The notes beneath the pieces are model-generated. The model was not told the DNA's origin. It did no database searches and saw only the letters and a list, made by a program, of their open reading frames with translations. A stretch of 32,000 nt of DNA, from contig NZ_SNUY01000031.1 in assembly GCF_004376175.1 (NCBI RefSeq), forward strand, positions 12,844 to 44,843, in the 5' to 3' direction. Shown in pieces: positions 17,865 to 25,165 of the stretch (its first letter is position 1; every line of letters starts with the position of its first letter). This DNA is from Halalkalibacterium halodurans. Lineage in GTDB: Bacteria > Bacillota > Bacilli > Bacillales > Bacillaceae_D. The translations under genes and the position numbers were made by a program.

Positions 17865-17894
17865 TGTTGGAAATGACAGCGGGAGGTATCCAGT

Positions 17895-19031
17895 TTGCGG
17901 ATCATACTAGTAGATGATGAGCCCTTAGCTCTAGCATACTTGGAAAAACTTTTAGTTGAAATTGGCGGTCTCACCATCATTGGATCCTATACAAACCCAA
18001 ATCAAGCGATTCAATCGGTGATCCAACACAAACCTGACCTCATTTTTCTTGACATCAACTTACCTGACATCAACGGTATTGACTTCGCCGAACAGGTGCA
18101 ATCTATCCTGCCCGAGGTCCATATCGTTTTTATTACCGCCTATGATGAATATGCTGTTAAAGCTTTTGAGCTTAACGCAATTGACTATGTGATGAAGCCT
18201 GTGCAGCGAGATCGCTTAAACCGTACCATTAACCGGATAACCGATCGCAAAACGGTTGAACCGCTTAGGTCACAGACGGACTCGAAGATCATCAGCTGCT
18301 TTCAAACCTTGCATTTTCAAAAGGGGTCTGAAATAGGAAAAGCTGAGCCAATTGATGTAAATTGGCGGACAGCAAAAGCTCGAGAATTATTCGCTTATCT
18401 TGTGCAACATCGAAAACAACCTGTACGAAAAGATGTACTGCTCGAATTTTTCTGGCCTGAGTCAGATGTAAAAAAAGGATACGCTCAACTTTACTCAGCG
18501 ATTTATCAAATTCGTAAAATGTTGGACTCCTTGCAAATGAATAGTACAGTCGTCAGCTTTGATAAAAGCTACAAGCTCCATCTTAATGGAACGAAGCTTG
18601 ATGTAGAAGAATGGGAGAGAGAGCTTAGACAACTACCGAACATCACGGAAGATACATTGCCAAGCTATCGAAGACTATTGGAAACGTATAAAGGTGATTA
18701 TTTAGCGGAGGAAGCGTATCTATGGGCAGAAAATGAGCGAGAGCGCTTGCGTACACTCTATCATTCCACGTTTAATAAAGTTACAACTTACTACTTGGAG
18801 TGCGGGGACTATACGGATGCTATCACCCTTTGCCAGCGTGTACAAACGCTGCATCCACTTATGGAAACGAGCTACTTTTTATTAATGCAAGTATACGCCA
18901 AAATGGGGGATAATCACTCGGTGAAATCGCAATATGAAAAGCTCAATCACGTATTAGAAGCAGAATATGGCATTCATACGAGTGATAGCATTGAAAACTG
19001 GTATAACGAATGGAAAAAGCAACTACAATAG
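17895..19031 (+). CDS. Orphan response regulator: receiver domain + winged-helix + BTAD (SARP-type) output
   Basis: REC with DD (VDDE), phospho-Asp in LIFLDINLPD, T in FITAY and K in VMKP. Then WRTAKARELFAYLV (wHTH) and a TPR-like BTAD region (LDVEEWE...YKGDYLAEEAYLWAENERERL...LMQVYAKMGD). RBS GGGAGG lies 8 nt before TTG 17895. There is no histidine kinase gene in the window. Confidence 0.8.
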   Translation: MRIILVDDEPLALAYLEKLLVEIGGLTIIGSYTNPNQAIQSVIQHKPDLIFLDINLPDINGIDFAEQVQSILPEVHIVFITAYDEYAVKAFELNAIDYVMKPVQRDRLNRTINRITDRKTVEPLRSQTDSKIISCFQTLHFQKGSEIGKAEPIDVNWRTAKARELFAYLVQHRKQPVRKDVLLEFFWPESDVKKGYAQLYSAIYQIRKMLDSLQMNSTVVSFDKSYKLHLNGTKLDVEEWERELRQLPNITEDTLPSYRRLLETYKGDYLAEEAYLWAENERERLRTLYHSTFNKVTTYYLECGDYTDAITLCQRVQTLHPLMETSYFLLMQVYAKMGDNHSVKSQYEKLNHVLEAEYGIHTSDSIENWYNEWKKQLQ

Positions 19032-19040
19032 TTATAAAAA

Positions 19041-19073
19041 GTCCTTTCCCACAAAGGGAAAAGGGCCTTTTTT
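19041..19073. terminator. Bidirectional terminator between the convergent regulator and C92-like genes
   Basis: CCTTTCCC (19043-19050) pairs with GGGAAAAGG (19056-19064) with one bulge. Flanked by A5 on the left and T6 on the right. Confidence 0.55.
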
Positions 19074-19098
19074 ATTGAGACGATTTATGACACCTGCT

Positions 19099-19662
19099 TT
19101 AGCCTGCGTATTGCTCACATTTTGCAACAGACATTCCTTCACTTGTCTCTCCCCATATTAGAAACGGATAGGCTGCTAGTTTACCTTCATAGATTTTCTC
19201 CGTACAGATTAAATCCGTCAAATGATAAGGTTGCACAAATTGAGGCGGAGTTGACACTAGTTTTGTCGATCCACCATTTAAAATGGTCGCGACGAACTGT
19301 GAGCAAAAAAACGCTCGTTCTCGTTGAATATCCCACTTACACATGAGACCTATTAAGCCTAGCAAATTATATCGATAATCGTCCTGTTGTTTTTCAATCA
19401 TCGCTACCTTCTGCTTCATGGCTTTATAATCTGCTAGACTGACCTCGCAACGGTAGACGGCACAAGACGCCCGATAAAAGAGTGGTGCATGGACGTTCTC
19501 CCTAACAAAGCCCCCAAGAAAAGGATTGTGTGGTCTTTTTCGGCCGAAGCTGTACAGCTCAGAAAGTTCTCGATCAAAGGCGATGGAGGCATGGTTTATC
19601 ATTCTTGTAAACAACGTTCCAGTGTCTGTTAGTAGAATATAAACATGTTTAGTTTCTTTCAT
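19099..19662 (-). CDS. Permuted papain-like (YiiX/YaeF, peptidase C92 / NlpC-P60 superfamily) protein
   Basis: The His-containing segment NHASIAFD...LYSFGRKRPHNPFLGGFVRE precedes the Cys segment AFFCSQFVATIL, which is the permuted catalytic order. RBS AAGGATGA lies before ATG 19662. Confidence 0.55.
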   Translation of the reverse strand: MKETKHVYILLTDTGTLFTRMINHASIAFDRELSELYSFGRKRPHNPFLGGFVRENVHAPLFYRASCAVYRCEVSLADYKAMKQKVAMIEKQQDDYRYNLLGLIGLMCKWDIQRERAFFCSQFVATILNGGSTKLVSTPPQFVQPYHLTDLICTEKIYEGKLAAYPFLIWGETSEGMSVAKCEQYAG

Positions 19663-20004
19663 CTAATTCATCCTTACCCATTCATCTCTATCATTCTTCC
19701 TGTCCCCAAAATGTAAACATTGGAAACCCTTCCTCATCATATCAAAAGTTATAAAATGCTAACAGAGTTTTTCGCTAGATTTTAGAAAAACTTAAGAATT
19801 TTTTATTCAGGTGTTCCTTTTCATCGCGTTTCTGCCATTATGTAGGGAAGGGAGGTCAAAAAGAAAAGGATATCATGGAATTCGTACGGAGAGGTCGTTA
19901 CTGACCCGATGAAGGAATCGTTTCAATTAGAAGAGCTAAATTAAGTCCGGGGCGCCCGACAAGGGGAGAGAGCACCTTCTGGAATTGATAAAACGCGAAA
20001 AAAG

Positions 20005-20038
20005 ACCAAAAGAGAACATGGACGCTCTTTTGGTTTTT
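20005..20038. terminator. Bidirectional terminator in the regulator/gan intergenic region
   Basis: ACCAAAAGAG (20005-20014) pairs with CTCTTTTGGT (20025-20034). A-run on the left, T-run on the right. Confidence 0.6.
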
Positions 20039-20156
20039 ATGATTTCTTCAACTTTCTAAAAATGAGCCAGAGGACACCAACGATCACAATGAGGGATAAA
20101 AACAACAGACTATTCGACGTGCCAATAATCGAGATCGGAATCACATTCCCTTCCAA
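20037..20156 (-). CDS. Possible 35-39 aa single-TM micro-protein
   Basis: The minus-strand frame gives (L)EGN(V)IPISIIGTSNSLLFLSLIVIVGVLWLIFRKLKKS*: a hydrophobic helix plus a basic tail. The stop abuts the 20005-20038 terminator. Only TTG/GTG starts and a weak GGAAGG RBS are present. Confidence 0.3.
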   Translation of the reverse strand: MEGNVIPISIIGTSNSLLFLSLIVIVGVLWLIFRKLKKS

Positions 20157-20212
20157 AGAGAATTTGAGCTTGAAGCCACTCCCCCTAAGTATGCCATAAA
20201 TTAAAAAATGAT

Positions 20213-20226
20213 TGTAAGCGATTTCT
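20213..20226. promoter_or_regulatory. cre-like (CcpA) site upstream of ganR
   Basis: TGTAAGCGATTTCT compared with consensus TGWAANCGNTNWCA, with a mismatch at the last position. Confidence 0.4.
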
Positions 20227-20341
20227 TTAAATGTTTTTTGATAATGCTAGAATGGGCAAAAGAAGTTTATAATAAAGTGGAAACATCGTTTTATGGTTAA
20301 TGACATGGAATCAAACCATTCGTTTATTCTCATAAGCACTC

Positions 20342-20389
20342 TTGACTTTATTAAATGATTAAGTAAAAATATTAGTAAAAGTTTTTACT
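20342..20389 (+). promoter_or_regulatory. ganR promoter with overlapping palindromic operator candidate
   Basis: TTGACT (20342-20347), 16-17 nt spacer, TAAAAAT (20364-20370). It is followed immediately by the perfect inverted repeat AGTAAAA-GT-TTTTACT (20374-20389). Confidence 0.5.
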
Positions 20390-20415
20390 GATAGTATTTG
20401 TAGGAGGGGACACAA

Positions 20416-21408
20416 TTGGCAACAATAAAAGACGTAGCAGAAATGTCGGGATACTCCATCTCCACCGTCTCCCGAGTGTTAAACAATGACCAAAATCTTT
20501 CTGTTACAGAAGAGACAAGAGAAAAGATCTACGAGGTCGCTGACAAATTAAACTATCGCAAGAAAACTGTAAGAGTGCTCGTTAAAAATGTCGCTTTTTT
20601 ATATTGGCTTACCGATAAAGAAGAGTTAGAAGATGTATATTTTAAAACGATGCGGCTAGAGATCGAAAAACTCGCTAAGGCATTTAATGTAGAATTAGCA
20701 ACGTATAAAATCTCTGACGGGATTGAAAAAATCCCCGACAGCATTGAAGGTTTTATTGCCGTAGGAACTTTTTCAGATGAAGAGCTTGCTTTTTTAAGAA
20801 AAAAAACGACAAACGGGGTATTTATCGATTCAACCCCAGATCCGAATCATTTTGATTCTGTCCGCCCAGATTTAGCACAAATGACAAAACAAGCGATCGA
20901 TTTTTTGATTATGAAAGGTCATCAGCAGATTGGTCTTATCGGTGGAACGTATCATAATCCTAATACAGATATGGATGAGATGGACATTCGTGAACGTACC
21001 TTTAGACAATATTTAGACGAAAAACAACGACTGAAGGAAGGATTTATTTTTTGTCGTAGAGGGTTTTCCGTCGATAACGGCTACCACTTAATGAAGCAAG
21101 CGATCGAAACCCTCGCTGATGATTTACCAACTGCTTTTTTTGTCGCTGGCGACCCTATTGCAGTTGGCTGCTTGCAAGCGCTTAACGAGGAAGGAATAGC
21201 CATTCCAAATCGCGTGAGCATTATAAGTATAAATAATATTAGCATTGCAAAATACGTGTCACCACCGTTAACGACGTTTCATATCGATATTGAAGAACTT
21301 TGCAATAACGCGATCAAATTGTTGCTTGAACGGCTGGTGGATAAACGAAAAAGCGTGAAAACACTCTACATTGGAGCCGAGCTCGTCATTCGCAAAAGCA
21401 CGAATTGA
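20416..21408 (+). CDS. ganR: LacI-family transcriptional repressor of the galactan locus
   Basis: HTH ATIKDVAEMSGYSISTVSRVLNN plus a periplasmic-binding-fold effector domain. Its position upstream of ganSPQAB is as in B. subtilis. RBS AGGAGGGG lies 7 nt before TTG. Confidence 0.85.
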   Translation: MATIKDVAEMSGYSISTVSRVLNNDQNLSVTEETREKIYEVADKLNYRKKTVRVLVKNVAFLYWLTDKEELEDVYFKTMRLEIEKLAKAFNVELATYKISDGIEKIPDSIEGFIAVGTFSDEELAFLRKKTTNGVFIDSTPDPNHFDSVRPDLAQMTKQAIDFLIMKGHQQIGLIGGTYHNPNTDMDEMDIRERTFRQYLDEKQRLKEGFIFCRRGFSVDNGYHLMKQAIETLADDLPTAFFVAGDPIAVGCLQALNEEGIAIPNRVSIISINNISIAKYVSPPLTTFHIDIEELCNNAIKLLLERLVDKRKSVKTLYIGAELVIRKSTN

Positions 21409-21411
21409 TGC

Positions 21412-21441
21412 AAACCTAAGGGAAATTCCCCTTAGGTTTTT
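21412..21441 (+). terminator. Rho-independent terminator after ganR
   Basis: AACCTAAGGG (21413-21422) pairs with CCCTTAGGTT (21429-21438). 6-nt loop and T-run. Confidence 0.75.
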
Positions 21442-21455
21442 ATTTTCCGCAAATA

Positions 21456-21475
21456 TTTTACTCATTTAAGTAAAA
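21456..21475. promoter_or_regulatory. Second copy of the TTTTACT/AGTAAAA inverted repeat, upstream of ganS
   Basis: TTTTACT (21456-21462), 6 nt, AGTAAAA (21469-21475). These are the same heptamers as at 20374-20389 in the everted arrangement. Confidence 0.4.
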
Positions 21476-21516
21476 AAGTTGTTTATTATTTTCTTTGTTG
21501 GTGCTATATTAGTCTT

Positions 21517-21530
21517 ATAAAACGCTTTCA
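21517..21530. promoter_or_regulatory. cre-like site in the ganS leader
   Basis: The minus strand reads TGAAAGCGTTTTAT, compared with TGWAANCGNTNWCA. Confidence 0.4.
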
Positions 21531-21570
21531 TAGATAGACACACAAAAAATAAAAAAGAAGGGGAGTTCTG

Positions 21571-22845
21571 ATGATGAAAAAACGTCAACGATTCATAGGG
21601 ATCGTAAGTGGAATAGCACTAAGTCTCGCTTTAGTGGCTTGCGGCCCGCAAGATGAAGGTGGGGAAGGCTCGGCTGAGGCACCTGCGAGCAACGAGTTAC
21701 TCATTTGGGAAGACCAAGAAAAATCAGAAGGTATCGAAGAAGCGGTTGCTCAATTTGAAGCTGAGCACGGCGTCACCGTTACAGTAGTGGAAAAGCCTTA
21801 TGCTCAGCAGCTTGAAGATTTGCGACTTGACGGCCCAGCAGGGACTGGCCCCGACGTGTTTACGATGCCTGGGGATCAAATTGGAACAGCTGTCACCGAA
21901 GGGTTAGTAAAAGAATTAGACGTGGGTGAGGACATCCAATCCCTATACACAGAAGCAGCGATGCTCTCGCAAATCGTTGATGGTAAAGTTTATGGCTTAC
22001 CGAAAGCAGTGGAAACAACGATGCTTTACTATAACAAAGAGCTTATTTCCGAGGATGATCTACCCGAAACGTTAGATGAATGGTATGACCTATCAAAGGA
22101 ATTTCGTGAAGATGACATGTACGGTTTGTTAGCCTTATTTGACCAAATTTATTATGCACAAAGTGTACTAGGTGGCTATGGTGGATACGTATTTGGACTT
22201 GATGATCAAGGAAACTATGATCCGACAGACATTGGCTTGGATACAGAAGGCGCCATTGAAGGGGCCGAACAAATTCAACGTTTTTATGGAGAAGGCTTAT
22301 TCCCGTCAGGAATCATCGGCGAGCAAGGGATCAATGTGCTTGATTCATTGTTTACAGAAGGAAAAGCAGCCGCCGTCATTTCTGGCCCGTGGAACCTTGA
22401 ACCATATGCAAGAGCAGGGATCAACTACGGCGTTGTAAAATTGCCAGAGCTAGACAATGGTTTGAATATGAGCTCATTTATGGGTGTAAAAAGCTACAAT
22501 GTCAGTTCGTATTCTAAAAACGCCGAGTTAGCTGAGGAGTTTGTGAAATTTATCGCCAACGAAGAAAACTCACGCACGCGTTATGAAATAACAAAAGAGG
22601 TTCCAGCAGTCCAAGCATTAGCTGAGGATCCAGTCGTCACTGAAAGCGATGCGGCAAAAGCGGTCGCAGAACAATCGCAATTCTCTGAGCTGACTCCGAA
22701 CATTCCTGAAATGAATGAAGTGTGGACCCCGGCTGATGCCGCACTACAAACGATCGCCACAGGGAATGCAAGCCCTCGAGATGCTTTAACTCAAGCGGTT
22801 GAAACGATCAGAGGACAAATTGAAGCGAACCATAGTGGCAAGTAG
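21571..22845 (+). CDS. ganS: Galacto-oligosaccharide/maltodextrin-type ABC substrate-binding lipoprotein
   Basis: Lipobox LALVAC and an SBP family-1 body. First gene of a ganSPQAB-ordered operon. RBS AAGGGGAG. Confidence 0.85.
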   Translation: MMKKRQRFIGIVSGIALSLALVACGPQDEGGEGSAEAPASNELLIWEDQEKSEGIEEAVAQFEAEHGVTVTVVEKPYAQQLEDLRLDGPAGTGPDVFTMPGDQIGTAVTEGLVKELDVGEDIQSLYTEAAMLSQIVDGKVYGLPKAVETTMLYYNKELISEDDLPETLDEWYDLSKEFREDDMYGLLALFDQIYYAQSVLGGYGGYVFGLDDQGNYDPTDIGLDTEGAIEGAEQIQRFYGEGLFPSGIIGEQGINVLDSLFTEGKAAAVISGPWNLEPYARAGINYGVVKLPELDNGLNMSSFMGVKSYNVSSYSKNAELAEEFVKFIANEENSRTRYEITKEVPAVQALAEDPVVTESDAAKAVAEQSQFSELTPNIPEMNEVWTPADAALQTIATGNASPRDALTQAVETIRGQIEANHSGK

Positions 22846-22858
22846 AAGGATTTAGAAC

Positions 22859-22899
22859 CAAATGGTGTCCAGTGCTCAGAAGGCGCTAGACACCATTTG
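22859..22899 (+). other. Intra-operon stem-loop after ganS (no T-tract)
   Basis: Perfect 11-bp arms CAAATGGTGTC / GACACCATTTG with a 19-nt loop. The position is typical of an mRNA-stabilising or attenuating hairpin after SBP genes. Confidence 0.5.
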
Positions 22900-22947
22900 T
22901 TCAACGTTTTTCCGTTTCGTCATTTGTGGATATAAAGAGGTGAAAAC

Positions 22948-24204
22948 ATGCAGCATCGAAAAATAGCTTTATTATTGTCTGTGGTCCCGGGACTAGGCCA
23001 ATTTTATAACAGACAATGGGTGAAGGGTTTGCTTTTCTTTTTTCTCGCCATATCGTTCTTTTTCGTATTTGGCGATTTATTAAATATGGGATTTTGGGGC
23101 CTGTTCACATTGGGGACACAAGTCCCTCGTGATAATTCGATCTTCTTATTAGCGGAAGGGATTATCGCAGTGATTGTCACATGTTTTGGTCTTGCCATTT
23201 ATTATATAAACTTACGAGATGCTTATAAAAATGGAGAATTGCGCGATGAAAACAGGCCACTTTACTCTTTGAAAGATCAATACCGAAACCTTGTTGAACA
23301 AGGATACCCTTATTTGGTTAGTGGGCCTTCTTTGTTTATTTTAATCTTCGCGGTTATTTTTCCGATCTTATTTAGCTTCGCCTTAGCGTTTACAAACTAT
23401 AATTTGTATCATTCACCACCAGCCAATTTAGTTGATTGGGTTGGACTTGAAACGTTTGCAAAAATTTTCACCGTTGATATATGGCGTGCCACTTTTTTCG
23501 ATGTGCTCTCATGGACCGTAATTTGGACTCTTGTAGCCTCCACATTTCAAGTGAGCCTTGGGATTCTTCTAGCCGTGGTTGTCAACCAGAAGGATTTACA
23601 ATTTAAGAAGCTTTTCCGCACCATTCTGATCTTGCCTTGGGCGGTACCAGGCTTTGTTACGATTTTAATTTTTGCCGGACTGTTTAACGATAGCTTCGGT
23701 GCGATTAACAACGACATTCTCGCCGCTTTTGGGATTGATCCGATTCCGTGGATGACGAACTCTACTTGGACAAAGGTGGCGTTAATTACGATACAAGGGT
23801 GGCTTGGCTTTCCGTATATTTTTCTTGTGACGACAGGGGTGTTGCAATCGATTCCTGATGATCTTTATGAGGCAGCTACCATTGATGGAGCATCAGTGTT
23901 TGCCAAATTTCGTCACATTACGCTGCCAATGATTTTAATTGCCATTGCACCGGTGATCATTACCCAGTTCACCTTTAACTTTAATAACTTCAACATTATT
24001 TATTTGTTTAATGGCGGGGGGCCTGCGATGCCTGGGTCAACAGCAGGAGGCACGGACATCCTTGTATCCTGGATTTATAAATTAACGATGCAATCCAGTC
24101 AATATTCATTAGCGGCTGCTTTAACGATTCTATTATCTATTTTCGTTATCTCAATTGCTTTATGGCAATTTAGACGGACTAACTCTTTCAAGGAGGGGGC
24201 ATAA
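22948..24204 (+). CDS. ganP: Sugar ABC transporter permease (MalF-like)
   Basis: 418 aa, multi-TM. EAA loop YEAATIDGASVFAKFRHITLP. RBS AGAGGTG. Confidence 0.85.
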   Translation: MQHRKIALLLSVVPGLGQFYNRQWVKGLLFFFLAISFFFVFGDLLNMGFWGLFTLGTQVPRDNSIFLLAEGIIAVIVTCFGLAIYYINLRDAYKNGELRDENRPLYSLKDQYRNLVEQGYPYLVSGPSLFILIFAVIFPILFSFALAFTNYNLYHSPPANLVDWVGLETFAKIFTVDIWRATFFDVLSWTVIWTLVASTFQVSLGILLAVVVNQKDLQFKKLFRTILILPWAVPGFVTILIFAGLFNDSFGAINNDILAAFGIDPIPWMTNSTWTKVALITIQGWLGFPYIFLVTTGVLQSIPDDLYEAATIDGASVFAKFRHITLPMILIAIAPVIITQFTFNFNNFNIIYLFNGGGPAMPGSTAGGTDILVSWIYKLTMQSSQYSLAAALTILLSIFVISIALWQFRRTNSFKEGA

Positions 24205-24207
24205 GCG

Positions 24208-25059
24208 GTGAAAACAAACATGAAGCAAAAGAAGTTCATTCGACTTCTTCTTTCATACTTACTATTAGCCTTTATGGTATGTGTCATCATTTATCCCCTG
24301 CTTTGGACCGTTGGAGCAAGCTTCAACCCTGGGAACAGTTTAATTAGTACATCGATCATTCCCAAAAATCCATCGCTCGTTCATTACCAAGAATTGTTTG
24401 CAGGAAAAGATAGCTTGCAATATGGCCAATGGTACAAAAACTCGCTAAAAATTAGTCTTTTCACGATGGTCGGGACGATGATCAGCGTTTCGTTTACTGC
24501 CTACGCCTTTTCTCGTTTTCGATTCAAAGGAAGAAAGCATGGCTTAACGCTCTTCTTACTGCTACAAATGATTCCACAGTTTTCAGCGTTAATTGCCCTC
24601 TTTGTCCTAGCACAAATGCTCGGATTAATGAACAGTCATTGGCTGTTGATCATGCTTTATATCGGTGGGCTCATTCCGATGAACACCTATTTAATGAAAG
24701 GGTACATGGATTCCATTCCAATCGATTTAGATGAAAGCGCGCGAATCGATGGTGCGAGCCATACGCGGATCTTTCTCCAAATCATCATGCCCCTTTCAAA
24801 GCCGATGCTTGCTGTTGTAGCGATGAACGGCTTTACAGGTCCTCTCGGCGACTTTATTTTAGCGTCCACGATTTTAAGAACGCCAGATGCGTATACGTTA
24901 CCAATCGGGCTCTTCAATCTAGTAAATGATGTTATGGGGGCGAGCTACACAAAATTTGCCGCAGGAGCGATTTTAATCAGCATTCCCGTTGCATTCATCT
25001 TCGTTTTACTGCAACGCCATTTTGTTTCCGGTTTAACAGCGGGCGGAACGAAAGGATAG
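24208..25059 (+). CDS. ganQ: Sugar ABC transporter permease (MalG-like)
   Basis: 283 aa. EAA loop DESARIDGASHTRIFLQIIMP. GTG start 8 nt after AAGGAGGGGG. Confidence 0.85.
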   Translation: MKTNMKQKKFIRLLLSYLLLAFMVCVIIYPLLWTVGASFNPGNSLISTSIIPKNPSLVHYQELFAGKDSLQYGQWYKNSLKISLFTMVGTMISVSFTAYAFSRFRFKGRKHGLTLFLLLQMIPQFSALIALFVLAQMLGLMNSHWLLIMLYIGGLIPMNTYLMKGYMDSIPIDLDESARIDGASHTRIFLQIIMPLSKPMLAVVAMNGFTGPLGDFILASTILRTPDAYTLPIGLFNLVNDVMGASYTKFAAGAILISIPVAFIFVLLQRHFVSGLTAGGTKG

Positions 25060-25165
25060 CTAGAAAGACTAGGCTTGTCGCAAATCCTACAACGAAAGCC
25101 TCCGATTTCTTAATACGAAGTCAAACTTCAGTAAAAAAAGAACGAGAGATAAGAAGGAGAGAGCT

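Noticed and set aside
19875-19904. 9-codon ORF MEFVRRGRY after a GGGAGG-like motif
   Set aside because: It is too short and has no supporting features. It is treated as part of the non-coding gap.
19943-20202. Long open + frame running through the 20005-20034 hairpin (contains MSQRTPTITMRDKNN...)
   Set aside because: It has no RBS, the frame contains a strong terminator, and the first ATG gives only 45 aa. The minus-strand TM peptide is the better (still weak) candidate.
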